This document shows, piece by piece, positions 39,894 through 50,855 of a stretch of 64,000 bases of DNA. Position numbers and translations under genes: made by a program. Positions within the stretch are counted from its first letter, which is position 1. Each line of letters begins with the position of its first letter. Origin of the DNA: an uncultured Actinomycetes bacterium (GTDB lineage Bacteria; Actinomycetota; Thermoleophilia; UBA2241); contig CAVWIH010000034.1 in the NCBI GenBank assembly GCA_963755025.1, positions 128,001-192,000 on the forward strand. Reading direction: 5' to 3'. The notes beneath the pieces were generated by a model. The model ran no database searches. It was not told the origin of the DNA and saw only the letters and a program-made list of their open reading frames with translations.

Positions 39894-40103
39894 GTGATCG
39901 TCATCTTCACGATAGAGACAGAGCAAGAAGTCGACGACCGCTGGCTCGCCGAAGTGCTCGAGTTGCCGGGCGTAGTCGCCTACGGATCGACCAGTGACGA
40001 AGCGGTCGCCCGCGCTCAGGCGCTGGCCCTGCGCGTCGTGGCCGACCGTCTCGAGCACAACGAAGCCGACGGCTTCATCACGATCTCCTTCAACGCGGCG
40101 TAG
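39894..40103 (+). CDS. hicB: HicB-like antitoxin
   Basis: EQEVDDRWLAEVLELPGVVAYGSTSDEA; GGAGG RBS. Confidence 0.82.
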   Translation: MIVIFTIETEQEVDDRWLAEVLELPGVVAYGSTSDEAVARAQALALRVVADRLEHNEADGFITISFNAA

Positions 40104-40105
40104 TC

Positions 40106-40318
40106 GTGACCCAGTGGCCGAGCACTCGCGCTCGGCTGGTGCTCGCGGCGTTGCTCCGCAACGGATGGTCGATCAAGCGCCAGACGGGCTCACACAAGAC
40201 CCTTTCGCGCGACGGTTGGCCGGATCTCGTATTCGCGTTCCACGACAACGACGAGATCGGTCCGCGCATGCTGGCGCGTTTGGGCAAGCACAGCGGGTTG
40301 CGGCCCGAGGACTTGTGA
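40106..40318 (+). CDS. hicA: HicA family toxin
   Basis: GWSIKRQTGSHKTL...FAFHD..EIGPRML. Confidence 0.85.
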   Translation: MTQWPSTRARLVLAALLRNGWSIKRQTGSHKTLSRDGWPDLVFAFHDNDEIGPRMLARLGKHSGLRPEDL

Positions 40319-40352
40319 GGGACCAGTCGGCTTCGTCGCGCCGGGCTCGCGC

Positions 40353-42362
40353 CTACGAGCTCAGGACCCTTACACCGCACTCCTGCAGCCACGCTGCGGT
40401 CTGGTCGAGCTGGGTCATTGGTGGCACGTAGATGATTGCGCAGTCGCGGCCACGGGTGAGTAGTACCCGGTAGGCGTTGAGCCGCAAGTTGAATGGGTCG
40501 CGAACATGAGCCGCCCGAGCGTGGCGCTTGGCCCACGCGTTCGACCAGCGTTTGTCGTCGCGCACAAGGTCGGTGCCCCAGGCGAGCAGCGCGCCGTCCA
40601 GTTCCAGGCCTTGGGCCCCGAACTCCGTGACGCAATCGCGAAGGTGGCGGCAGGAGCGGCCGCTGTCGCGTTCGCCATCGCCGTACCATGGACCGAGCTG
40701 CACGCGGCGCGTCGAGTGCCAGTCGTTGAAAACGCCCCAACCCTCAAGAGCCTTGTCTCGAGATGAAGCAACGAGTCCGAACCGGGCGTCTGGCGCTTCT
40801 GCGTAGCGATTGCGAAGGTAGGCACGCGCCGTCTCGAGGTCGCGGGTCATGCGCAGGTGGTAGGCCTGCGCTTCGAGGCGCTCGGCCAGTTCGCGACACT
40901 GAGCCGAGATGGCGTTCGCCTCGACGGTGCGCACATCATCGGGCCAGGTGCGATCATCGCTGAGCAGCCCGTCGACCCAAGCGTCGAGATCCGAGCAGAA
41001 GTGGAAGCGCAGCTCAACGCGAAGGTCGAGTTCGGCCGAGCTCTGCAACGGGCCCGGCAGGAGTGCGCCATTCTCATCGGCTCCCGCGAAGACCTCATCG
41101 AGCACATGTTGCGGGGCGTGCACTGTCCAGCCGCCGGGCTGGCTGCCCTCGATCAGCGCTCTGCGCCACTGACCCAGGCCGGCCTCCTCGCCGACGTGGA
41201 TTTCCTGGCCCGAGCCAATGAGCCCGACCAGCACGCACCACTCCGGAATGCGCTCACCGAACTCCACGAAGGCCTGGGGTTCCGACATCGGGGAGGCGAA
41301 GGCATGTTTGGCGGCTACCTGCGCCTCGTCCCAGGCTCGCTGGGCCTCGTCGTAGACGATGACGTGTTGTGGCGGCACTGCCGCTTTGTCGCCGAGGTAC
41401 TGTTTCACGTAGTTCTTGACGTCGCGCACGAAGGTCTTGCCGCCACCGCCGGCGTCGCGCAGTTCGTACTGCAGCACCTGCACGAGCGGGCCGTTCCCGG
41501 ACAGGAAGATGGCGGGCGCCGGCGGCTTGCCGCCGGCGCGCTCGACGGCCAGGTCGTCGAGCGCAGGGTTGTGGACTGCACTGAGGCCGACGAGTGTCTT
41601 TCCAGAGCCCGGCACGCCGGTGACCAGAACGAGGTGCCGCGTGTGCGTTTGCGCCGCCTCGTGGGCGATGCGGGCGATTTCGTCGATTGCCGGCTGCGTC
41701 TCCGCGTGCGCTCGGTGGATCGGGCGGATCTTGCCATCCAAAAAGAGCTCGCGCGCCGCTTGGACGAGCGTAGGGAGGGGGCAATAGGCGTCGCGCGTGA
41801 GGAACTCGTCGGCGGTGAGTGGGCCGTCGGCCCAAGGGCGCTGCATTTGCTGGATGAGCTCGTGCAGCCCGTCCGGCCCACAGATGCGGACGCCGTCGCG
41901 CGTGCCTACGTAGCCATGCGCCCGCGTCGGAACGACTACCGCGTGTACCTCGCGCTCGGCACAATGCTTGTGGTAGCAGCGCAGGTCGCGCGCGTAGGCG
42001 GCCGCCTGATCGAGGTCCGCCTGCTCCGGTTCGGCCTTGCCCTTCAACTCGAGTACGACGATCGCCCCGCTGACGAGCAAGATGACGTCTGGCCGCCGCG
42101 ACTCGAGCGGCAACTCGTACTCGAGGATGGCGGTGTAGGTGTCCGCGAGGTCGTCGACGATCACGACTTCGCCGACTTCGTGCTGCAGCTTGGGGATCGA
42201 GTCGTCCCAAGCGAAGACCTGCGACTCGCTTACGTCGGCGAGGAAGTTCTCAAGGTCGACGCGGATTATCCTCGACGCGGTCTTGGAGAAGGTGGGGAAG
42301 TCGCTCTGCCAGCCGTAGCGGGCGCGGATCGAGCCGGTTGGTTCGATCACGTCAGATGCCAT
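40353..42362 (-). CDS. DUF2075 (Schlafen group-3-like) nuclease-helicase protein
   Basis: N-terminal EYELPLESRRPDVI...ELKGK...Q...YARDL; Walker A GVPGSGKT; YDEAQR; TEFGAQGLELD; NAYRVLLTRGR. Confidence 0.85.
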   Translation of the reverse strand: MASDVIEPTGSIRARYGWQSDFPTFSKTASRIIRVDLENFLADVSESQVFAWDDSIPKLQHEVGEVVIVDDLADTYTAILEYELPLESRRPDVILLVSGAIVVLELKGKAEPEQADLDQAAAYARDLRCYHKHCAEREVHAVVVPTRAHGYVGTRDGVRICGPDGLHELIQQMQRPWADGPLTADEFLTRDAYCPLPTLVQAARELFLDGKIRPIHRAHAETQPAIDEIARIAHEAAQTHTRHLVLVTGVPGSGKTLVGLSAVHNPALDDLAVERAGGKPPAPAIFLSGNGPLVQVLQYELRDAGGGGKTFVRDVKNYVKQYLGDKAAVPPQHVIVYDEAQRAWDEAQVAAKHAFASPMSEPQAFVEFGERIPEWCVLVGLIGSGQEIHVGEEAGLGQWRRALIEGSQPGGWTVHAPQHVLDEVFAGADENGALLPGPLQSSAELDLRVELRFHFCSDLDAWVDGLLSDDRTWPDDVRTVEANAISAQCRELAERLEAQAYHLRMTRDLETARAYLRNRYAEAPDARFGLVASSRDKALEGWGVFNDWHSTRRVQLGPWYGDGERDSGRSCRHLRDCVTEFGAQGLELDGALLAWGTDLVRDDKRWSNAWAKRHARAAHVRDPFNLRLNAYRVLLTRGRDCAIIYVPPMTQLDQTAAWLQECGVRVLSS

Positions 42363-42531
42363 CGGTCTTGGGCGGGAAGTCACAGGGCGGATACTAGGTG
42401 ACGATGGTCGCATGCGCCAGGGCTTTCTGGCAGTGTTTGCGGGTCGCGGGAGCCGTGCCGTCTGCTAGAATTCACCGGTCAACAGCCCCCGCAACGTGCG
42501 CGGGCGCGAGCGTAAAAGGACCGGTGCTGCC

Positions 42532-44465
42532 ATGCCCATCCACGTCACCCTGCCCGACGGCTCCCCTCTCGAACTCCCCGATGGCGCGACCGCGCTCGAC
42601 GGCGCGCAGGCGATCGGGCCGCGGCTCGCCCGGGCGGCCGTGGCGGCCGCCGTCAACGGCGAGCCCGCCGACTTGAGCCGCGAGCTCCACGAAGGCGATC
42701 AGCTCGCCATCGTCACTCCCGACTCGCCGGCCGGCGTCGACGTGCTGCGCCACGACGCGGCGCACGTGCTCGCCCAGGCCGTCGCTGCGCCTGTGGCCCG
42801 ACACCGAGTACGCCATCGGGCCGACCATCGAGAACGGCTTCTACTACGACTTCCGCTTCGCCGAGCCGGTCTCCGACACCGAGTTCCCGCGCATCGAGGC
42901 CGAGATGGCCAAGATCGTCGCCGAGAACCTGCCGGTCGCCCGCCAGGAGCTGCCCCGCGCCGAGGCGCGCGCGCTCTTTGCCGCCAAGAACCAGCCCTTC
43001 AAGGTCGAGCTCATCGACGACCTGCCCGACGAGCAGACCATCAGCATCTACACCCAGGGCGAGTTCACCGACCTCTGCCGCGGGCCGCACCTGCCCAGCA
43101 CCGGGCGCCTCGGCAAGAACACCTACAAGCTCACCAGCCTGGCCGGCGCCTACTGGCGCGGCGACGAGCACAACGCTCAGCTCACCCGCAGTCTACGGCA
43201 CCGCCTTCGCCAAAAAGGAGGAGCTGGCCGCCCACCTCGAGGCCCTCGAGATGGCGCGCCAGCGCGACCACCGCCGCATAGGTCGCGACCTCGACCTCTT
43301 CAGCTTTCACGAGGAGGGCCCCGGCTTTCCCTTCTTCCACGCGCGCGGCATGCGCCTGTGGAACGCCATCATCGACTACTGGCGCGACGAGCACGTGAAG
43401 GCCGGTTACGAGGAGATCCGCACCCCCATGATCCTGCGCCGCGAGCTCTGGGAGCGCAGCGGCCACTGGGAGAACTACAAAGACAACATGTACTTCACCG
43501 AGATCGACGGCTCGCCGTTTGCCATCAAGCCCATGAACTGCCCCGGCGGCCTGCTCATCTACAAGAGCCGCCGCCGCAGCTACCGCGACCTGCCGCTGCG
43601 CATGGCCGAGCTCGGCCAGGTGCACCGCCACGAGATGAGCGGCGTGCTGCACGGCCTGTTCCGCGTGCGCTACTTCACCCAGGACGACGCCCACATCTAC
43701 TGCACCCCCGAGCAGCTCGAAGACGAGGTGCGCGGCGTGCTGCGCTTCATGTTGCACATGTACGCCGCCTTCGGCTTCAGCGACGTGCGCATCGAGCTCT
43801 CGACCCGGCCCGACAAGTCGATCGGCACCGACGAGATGTGGGCCGGCGCCGAGGGCGCCCTCACCAACGTGCTCAAGAGCGAGGATATCGACTACCAGCT
43901 GAACCCCGGCGACGGCGCCTTCTACGGCCCCAAGATCGACTTTCACATTCGCGACGTCATGGGCCGCACCTGGCAGTGCGGCACCATCCAGGTCGACTAC
44001 GGCATGCCCGAGCGCCTCGACATCACCTACACCGGCGCCGACAACGAGGAGCATCGCCCCGTGATGGTGCACCGCGCCCTGCTGGGCTCGATCGAGCGCT
44101 TCATGGGCATCCTGCTCGAGCACTACGGCGGCAACCTGCCGACCTGGCTCGCGCCGGTGCAGGCGCTGGTGTTGCCGGTCAGCGACCGCCACGCCGGTTA
44201 CGCCGCGGGCGTGGCCGAGGCGCTGCGCGTGGCCGGCCTGCGCGCCGAGCTCGACGACCGCTCCGAGAGCGTGGGCAAGCGCATCCGCGACGGTCAGTTG
44301 CAGAAGGTGCCGTACCTGCTGGTCGTCGGCGACCGCGAGCAGGAGGCGCGCGCGGTCGCCGTGCGCGCCCGCGGCGACGAGACCGGCGCCGTGCCCATCG
44401 AGCAGTTCATCGCCGAGGTGACCGCCGAGGTCGCCGAGCGGCGGCTGCCGGCGGCGGCCGGCTGA
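42532..44465 (+). CDS. thrS: Threonine--tRNA ligase (frameshifts near 42785 and 43190)
   Basis: TGS domain TLPDGS, DLCRGPH, GAYWRG, RDHRRIG, SGHW, KPMNCPG, GDGAFYGPKID, WLAPVQ. Confidence 0.95.
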
Positions 44466-44490
44466 GCGCCGCGCAGGGGCAGGGGACAGC

Positions 44491-45364
44491 GTGAACGACG
44501 AGCCGCGGGACGAGAGCGAGTCTCGACGGCGCGAACGCGAGCCGGCCCGAGTACGGCAACTGGGTGTCCACCCGGTTCGTCGTGGGGCCGGTGATCGGTG
44601 CGGCCCTCTTTCTCGCGCTGGCCATCGCGGCCCGCGTGTTCCGCGTCGACTGGCTGTTCTTCGTGCAGCTCGGTGCAGCCGTGCTGGTGGCGCTCATCGG
44701 CGTCTACTTCGCCTACGCGCGCCGCCTGCTCGCCGCCGACGACGGCGAGATCCAGGCGCGCGTGCAGCAGCTCGTGCTCGACCACCTCGCTTGGGACGGC
44801 CGCGCGGGCGGCGCCTCGGGCGACGTTGCCGCCGCCTCAGGCACCGATGCCCCGGGCGACGCCCTCGACATCGGCTGCGGCAACGGGCCGCTCACCATCG
44901 CCCTGGCCAAACGGTACCCCGGCGCCCACGTGACCGGCATCGACTTCTGGGGCGAAAGCTGGGAGTACTCGCAAGACGTCTGCGAGACCAACGCGGCAAG
45001 CCAGGGCGTGGGCGAGCGCACGACCTTCGAGCCGGCCAGCGCCGTCGAGCTGCCCTTCGCCGACGGCAGCTTCGCCGCGGTGGTCAGCAACCTCTGCTTT
45101 CACGAGGTGCGCGACGCCCGCGACAAGCGCGAGCTGCTACGCGAGGCGCTGCGCGTGCTCGAGCCCGGCGGCGCCTTCGCCTTTCAGGACCTCTTTCGCC
45201 TGAAGGGCCCGTTCGGCCCGGTCGACGATCTCGTGGCCACGGTGCGCGGCTGGGGCATACAATCGGTCGAATACCTCGACACCGGCGCCTCCGACTTCAT
45301 TCCAAAGGCGCTACGCCTGCCCTTCATGGTGGGCAGTATGGGAGTCCTGCATGGCACGAAATAA
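44491..45364 (+). CDS. Class I SAM-dependent methyltransferase with N-terminal TM helices (frameshift near start)
   Basis: RPEYGNWVS, LDIGCGNG, TGIDFWG, SNLCFHEV, PGGAFAFQD. Confidence 0.8.
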
Positions 45365-46796
45365 CGGCAGCTTGTGGCGCCGCGCGCAAAGTGACCAGCA
45401 TCCGCAGACGCCGCCAGTCGGCGCGCGCAGCTACTGGCTCGACGAAGCCTTGGCCGCCGACCCCGGCGCGCCCTGCCCACCGCTCACCGGGGCCGTCACG
45501 GCCGACGTCTGCATCGTCGGCGGCGGCTTCGCCGGTCTCTGGACGGCCTACGAGCTCACCGAACGCGAGCCGGGCCTCGACGTCGTGCTGCTCGAAGCCA
45601 CGGTCTGCGGCGCCGGCGGCAGCGGCGCCAACGGCGGCTTCTTCTCGTCGTCGTGGATGTTCACCGGCGAGCTTTGCCGGCGCCTCGGGGTCGACGCCGG
45701 CCTGCGCTGGGCGACGGCGCTCGGCGACCAGGTCGCCGAGCTCGGCAGCTGGTGCGAGCGCCACCACGCCGACATCGCGTTCCACCACGAAGGCATCCTC
45801 TACGGCCAGGCCGGCGAGTGGCAGACGGGCCCCGACCGCGAGGCGCTGGCCCTGCTCGAGCGCCACGGTCTGGGCGACCGGCTGCGCGCGGTCGACGCCG
45901 CCGAAGCGCGGCGAGTCGCAGACTCGCCGCGCCTGGGCGGCGGCGTCTTCACCCCCGACCTGGCCACGGTGCAGCCCGCCCGCCTGGCGCGCGAGCTGCG
46001 CCGCGTCGTGCTCGAGCGCGGCGTGCGCATCTGCGAGGGCTCGCGCATGGTGGCCCTGCGCCACGGCGCGCCGGCCATGGTCGAGACCGCCGGCGGCGCG
46101 GTGCGCGCCGCCCAGGTCGTGCTCACGCACGGCGCCTGGGCGGCCGCCGAGCGCGAGTTCGCTCGCGCCTTCGCCGTGGGCATCGAATACATGGTCGTCA
46201 CCGAGCCCATCCCCGAGCTGCTGGCGCAGATCGGCTGGACGAGCCACGCCGGCCTGGCCGATCGCCGCGAGATGCTCTACTACCTGCGCCGCACGAGCGA
46301 CGACCGCATCGCCTTGGGCGGCGGCGGCATGGGGCTGGCCTTCGGCGGCAACATCGCCGGGCGCGTGCTCGCCTCGCAGCGCCTCGCCGGAGTTGCCGCC
46401 CACGGCCTCGTCTGGCTGTTCCCGCAGCTTGCCGGCGTGCGCTTCGAGCACGCCTGGAGCGGCCCCATGGACATGACCAAGTCGGGCCTGCCGTCGTTCT
46501 TCACGCTGCCCGGGGGCAACGTGCACGCCGGCCTCGGCTTCTCGGGCCACGGCCTGAGCGCGACCAAGGTGGGCGGCAAGATCCTCGCGTCGCTCGTGCT
46601 CGAGCACGACGACGAGTGGGTCCACCTGCCGGTGGTCGGTCCGCCCACGCTGCTGCCGCCCGAGCCGCTGCGCTGGCCCATGGTGCGCATGGCCGAGTGG
46701 GCCTACGAGTCGAGCGACCGGGCGGCCGAGCGCGGCGCGGCGCAGCCGCGGGTGGCCGGCGCAGTCAGAGCGATCGTCGAACGGTACACGAGGTGA
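45351..46796 (+). CDS. FAD-dependent oxidoreductase (DAO/PuuB-like amine oxidase)
   Basis: SYWL, IVGGGFAGLWTA, GGSGANGG, HAWSGP, GFSGHG, PPEPLRW. Confidence 0.85.
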   Translation: MARNNGSLWRRAQSDQHPQTPPVGARSYWLDEALAADPGAPCPPLTGAVTADVCIVGGGFAGLWTAYELTEREPGLDVVLLEATVCGAGGSGANGGFFSSSWMFTGELCRRLGVDAGLRWATALGDQVAELGSWCERHHADIAFHHEGILYGQAGEWQTGPDREALALLERHGLGDRLRAVDAAEARRVADSPRLGGGVFTPDLATVQPARLARELRRVVLERGVRICEGSRMVALRHGAPAMVETAGGAVRAAQVVLTHGAWAAAEREFARAFAVGIEYMVVTEPIPELLAQIGWTSHAGLADRREMLYYLRRTSDDRIALGGGGMGLAFGGNIAGRVLASQRLAGVAAHGLVWLFPQLAGVRFEHAWSGPMDMTKSGLPSFFTLPGGNVHAGLGFSGHGLSATKVGGKILASLVLEHDDEWVHLPVVGPPTLLPPEPLRWPMVRMAEWAYESSDRAAERGAAQPRVAGAVRAIVERYTR

Positions 46797-47395
46797 GCAA
46801 CGGCGCCGCCAACCGCGTCTACGACAACGCGGCGCTCGGCGTGCGCTTCGAGATCGACGACTCGTTCGTCGACGGGTCGGTCGTCGAGACCGCCGTCGAC
46901 GCCCCCGGCAACGTGCAGTCCACCTATCTCGCGGCGCGCGGCCGCGAGGGCTCGCAGGCCATGCTGTCCATCTCCCGCGTCGAGGTCGGCTACGACACCT
47001 CGCCCCACGAGCTCGCCGAGCAGCTCGTCATTCACAACCGCTACGCGGCGCACACCGCCGAGCAGCACGGCTGGACCATCCACTCGCCGTGGAAGGCCAC
47101 CATGCTGAGCGGCTACCCGGCCATGCACTGCGACTACGTGGTGCCCGAGCCGGCCACTCGGCCGGAGCCGGCCGACGAGCCGGCGCTGCCCTTCGCGCCG
47201 CCCGCCGGCGAGCCCTCGGCGCCGGGTCATCTGCAGGCCTGGGTGGTCTACGCCGGGCGCACCACCTACCAGCTCACCTTCAGCGTGAACCCGCCCGGCG
47301 ACCTCACGCGCAACCGCGCCGTCGCCGAAGACGTGGTGCGCACGCTGCAGATCAGCCCCGGCACGCGCGGGGGCTCGGCCACCGTCACGCGATGA
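46793..47395 (+). CDS. Hypothetical protein
   Basis: GTGA overlap with the upstream gene; host-like codon usage (MSNGAANRVYDNAALGVRFEID...). Confidence 0.65.
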   Translation: MSNGAANRVYDNAALGVRFEIDDSFVDGSVVETAVDAPGNVQSTYLAARGREGSQAMLSISRVEVGYDTSPHELAEQLVIHNRYAAHTAEQHGWTIHSPWKATMLSGYPAMHCDYVVPEPATRPEPADEPALPFAPPAGEPSAPGHLQAWVVYAGRTTYQLTFSVNPPGDLTRNRAVAEDVVRTLQISPGTRGGSATVTR

Positions 47396-47441
47396 GCCCC
47401 GGGCTGCGCGAATTCCGTTCCGCGCCGACCTTCGGCCGGCG

Positions 47442-48221
47442 ATGAGCGCCGAGTTGCGTCGGCAGCCCATCCGCTACGAAGACGTCGGCGCCGCCTACGG
47501 ACGCACCCGGCAGCCCGATCCGCGCATCGCGCGGCGCATCCGCGCCGCGCTCGGCGACGCGCGCACTGTGGTCAACGTGGGCGCCGGCCTGGGCTCGTAC
47601 GAGCCCGCCGACCTCGAGGTCACGGCGGTCGAGCCGGCGGCGGCCATGATCGCGGCGCGGCCCCCGGGCGCCTCGCCCTGCGTGCGCGCCACCGCGCAGG
47701 CGCTGCCCTTTGCCGACGACAGCTTCGACGCCGCCATGGCCGTGCTCACCATGCAGCACTGGCCCGACGTGCCCGCCGGCCTGCGCGAGCTGGCTCGGGT
47801 CGCCCGCCGCCGCATCGTGCTGTTCACCTGGGATCCCGGCGTGACCGACCGCCTCTGGCTCACCAACGACTACATCACCACGCTGCGCGACCGCGACTGG
47901 GCGATCTTTCCGACCATGCAGACGATCGCCGCGGCGCTCGCGCCCTGGCGGGTGGCCGTGGAGACGGTGCCCGTGCCGCACGACTGCGCCGACGGCTTTC
48001 TGGGCGCCTACTGGCGGCGCCCCGCGGCCTATCTCGACCCCGTCGTGCAGCAGGGCATCTCGAGCTTTGTCGAGCTCGGCGACGCGACGCTCGCTCCGCA
48101 CCTGGCGCGCCTCGCCGCCGACCTCGAGAGCGGCGAGTGGCGGCGCCGCTACGCGCACCTGCTCGAGCTCGACGAAATGGACCTGGCCTACCGCATCGTG
48201 ACGGCCTCGCCAAGCGAGTAG
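47442..48221 (+). CDS. Class I SAM-dependent methyltransferase
   Basis: RQPDPRIA, VVNVGAGLGSYE, LPFADDSFDAAMA, DGFLGAYWRRP. Confidence 0.88.
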   Translation: MSAELRRQPIRYEDVGAAYGRTRQPDPRIARRIRAALGDARTVVNVGAGLGSYEPADLEVTAVEPAAAMIAARPPGASPCVRATAQALPFADDSFDAAMAVLTMQHWPDVPAGLRELARVARRRIVLFTWDPGVTDRLWLTNDYITTLRDRDWAIFPTMQTIAAALAPWRVAVETVPVPHDCADGFLGAYWRRPAAYLDPVVQQGISSFVELGDATLAPHLARLAADLESGEWRRRYAHLLELDEMDLAYRIVTASPSE

Positions 48222-48253
48222 GGGCGGGGAGTGCCGACGCACCTCAGAAGGGA

Positions 48254-48936
48254 ATGACCTTGCCAATGAGCGACGCCAAGCAAGCGCCAGACAGTAGCGC
48301 CAGGCAAGCGCCCGACGTCATCGAGACGGAGCGGCTCGTCGGCCGCCGCCTGACGGCGGCCGACGAGCCGCTCTTCCTGGCCTTTCACCGCGACCCGCGC
48401 GTCGTGTCGTGGCTGGGCGGCGGGGAAGAGGAGATCTCAGAAGCAGAGAACCGCGAGTGGCTCGACGAAAAGCTGGCGCACTGGGAACGCCACGGCTTTG
48501 GCCTGTACGCCTGGTTCGCGCGCGAACCGGCCGACGCCGCGCAGAGCGGTTCGCCGGCAGCCGACGCGCCGGCCCCCGGATCGCCGCCCCGACCGCCCGC
48601 GCCGGTCGCCGCCCGGCACGTCTCATCGGCCGCGCCGGCATCCACCAGGTCGACCCCGACGTCGGCGAGGTCGTGGGCGACCCGGCGGCCATCGAGCTCA
48701 TGTACGCGCTGGCCTACGACGCCTGGGGCTACGGCTACGCGTCCGAGATCTCGCGGCGCCTGCTCGAGGTGGCCGCCGACGACCTGGGCCGCACCGAGAT
48801 CATCGCCGACACGGTGCCCCACAACGTGCGGTCGCGCCGGGTGATGGAGGGTCTGGGTTTCGTCTACGAGCGCGAGTTCTGGCACGACGACCACACCATG
48901 GTGCTCTACCGAAAGGCGCTATGCCCAAGGTCGTGA
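48254..48936 (+). CDS. RimJ/RimL-like GNAT acetyltransferase, frameshift near 48615
   Basis: IETERL, HWERHGFG; second frame IGRAGI, AWGYGYASE, NVRSRRVMEGLGF. Confidence 0.78.
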
Positions 48937-49394
48937 GCGCCGGCCTGGTCATGTACCGGGTGCGCGACGAGCACCTCGAGGTCTTGCTCGCCCACCCCGG
49001 CGGGCCCTATTACGCGCACAAAGACGAAGCGGTCTGGTCCATTCCCAAAGGCGAGGTGATCGTCGGCGAAGACCTGCTGGCCGCCGCCAAGCGCGAGTTC
49101 GCCGAAGAGACCGGGCTGCAGCCCTGGGGGCCGTACCTGGCGCTGGGCGCGGTGAAGTACAAAAACCACAAGGTCGTGCACGCCTGGGCCTTCGAGGGCG
49201 ACTTCGACCCCGAGACGCTCGTCAGCAACACCTTCGAGCTCGAATGGCCGCGCCGCTCCGGCAATCTGCTGGAGATCCCCGAGATCGACCGGGCCGGCTG
49301 GTTCAGCCCCGTCGAGGCTCATCAGAAGATCGTCGCCGCGCAGCGCCGCTTTTTGTTCGACCTCGACGCCATCGTCGGCGTCGGGCGCTCCTAG
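48921..49394 (+). CDS. NUDIX hydrolase
   Basis: LLAHPGGP, WSIPKGE...AAKREFAEETG Nudix box, PEIDRAGWF. Confidence 0.88.
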   Translation: MPKVVSAGLVMYRVRDEHLEVLLAHPGGPYYAHKDEAVWSIPKGEVIVGEDLLAAAKREFAEETGLQPWGPYLALGAVKYKNHKVVHAWAFEGDFDPETLVSNTFELEWPRRSGNLLEIPEIDRAGWFSPVEAHQKIVAAQRRFLFDLDAIVGVGRS

Positions 49395-49436
49395 GGCAGT
49401 CGCGGCGCGGCCGCCTGCCCATCGCGCCTGCTCGCG

Positions 49437-50261
49437 CTAGACGTGCTGCGTGACCCGCGCGACCGGTGAGGGGTCGGGCCCGGCGGGCGGTCGCGCGACC
49501 GGCGGTGGCACGTGCGGAATGTGCGGCTTGCCGGCGATCAGGTCGAAGAACGACTGCCGCCAGGCGCGCACCATGGCGGCTTCGCGCTGGTCGCGGCGCT
49601 CGGCGCGGTCGCGCTTGCCGGGGTTGTCGCGGTAACGCCGCGACCAGGGCGAGCCGGGGCGCGCCAGGCGGACGGCGCCCACGGTGGCCACGACCGGCAC
49701 GAAGCAGCCGAACAGCCCCGTCCACAGCTTGCCTTTGAGAAAGCAGATCACGGCGAGCGTCACGTTGACCACGACGAGGATGGTGATGACCCAGCCGCCG
49801 AGCTGGCCGAGCGGGCTCGCGCCGGCCACGTTGAACGGCTGCAGGCCGCCGAGGAACATGAGCGCCGCCGTGATGGTGACGATCACGGCGTCGACCGACA
49901 CGCGGCCCTGGTCCTGCCAGTAGACGTTCTCGAGGTGCAGGATGAGGGCGAACTCGTCGAGCGTCAGCCCCACGCCGCCGCCAAAGGCGACCGCCGTGGC
50001 GATGCCCCAGAAGCCCTGCGGGTTGGTGGCGATGGTGACGAGGCCGGCGATCACCATGACCACGACGCCCACCACCATGTGGTGGATGTGCAGGCCGCCC
50101 GGCTTGATGTCGTGGAACCACCAGCGCACGTTGGCGCGGATCAGGCGGGTGTTGGCGCGGATGCCCAGGAACGTGATCAGCAGGCCGAGCGTGAAGGCGA
50201 TCAGGTGGTTGCGTCCGGAGCTCGGCTGAAACGAGCCGAACAGGCTGATCACGCTGGCCAT
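49437..50261 (-). CDS. Hypothetical integral membrane protein (actinobacterial type)
   Basis: GGLHIHHMVVG, LTLDEFALILHLENVYW, LKGK, RLARPGSPW. Confidence 0.75.
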   Translation of the reverse strand: MASVISLFGSFQPSSGRNHLIAFTLGLLITFLGIRANTRLIRANVRWWFHDIKPGGLHIHHMVVGVVVMVIAGLVTIATNPQGFWGIATAVAFGGGVGLTLDEFALILHLENVYWQDQGRVSVDAVIVTITAALMFLGGLQPFNVAGASPLGQLGGWVITILVVVNVTLAVICFLKGKLWTGLFGCFVPVVATVGAVRLARPGSPWSRRYRDNPGKRDRAERRDQREAAMVRAWRQSFFDLIAGKPHIPHVPPPVARPPAGPDPSPVARVTQHV

Positions 50262-50375
50262 GGGCGCCGCCGGTGGGGGTCGGGAAGTAACGCATCTCCC
50301 TCAGGATAGCGCACCACGGCAAGGAGGGCTCGGACCGCCGGGCGCCGACGCCGCGCCAGGGTGCGCGCCGTCCGC

Positions 50376-50450
50376 GCGAGCGTGGGCGGCCCACACTCGC
50401 GCGTGGTGGGCTGCCCACACTCGCGCGAGCGTGGGCCGCCCGCCACGCGC
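50376..50450. repeat. Three tandem ~25-bp palindromic (REP-like) units
   Basis: GCGAGCGTGGG-CGG-CCCACACTCGC and two variants. Confidence 0.55.
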
Positions 50451-50690
50451 GCCACCCGCGCGGGCGCGTGTGTCGTCCACCATACGAGCCGACCGCACCC
50501 CCGGCGGGGACATGCTGTCGCGCGCGCGGGGTCGCGCTTAGCCGCGATGGCGTCGTCGCCGAGTCTTGACTCCCCCGATCGGCACGTCATCATGTTGGTC
50601 AGGTCTCACTGGGCCGCGGCGGGGGGCGCGGCTCGGTGGGCCGTTGACCGCGCCGCAGTCGCTGGGCCGCCGTCGAGAGGGGTTTTCTTG

Positions 50691-50725
50691 GCTTGACAAT
50701 CCAGGCTGCTGTACTAGCGTCAAGC
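50691..50725 (+). promoter_or_regulatory. Candidate promoter/operator upstream of the permease gene
   Basis: TTGACA 50693-98 and TAGCGT 50715-20, inside an inverted repeat GCTTGAC...GTCAAGC. Confidence 0.45.
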
Positions 50726-50855
50726 TCGCCGCGCCCGTGCGCGGCGTTCGTGCAAGGGGGGCCTTCGACTGATCCTTCGTACGTGAATGTTCAGCCGATG
50801 GCGTGACGGTTCTGGGGTTTGAACGTCGGTGCGAGCCGGCGGAAGGGAGGGCACC

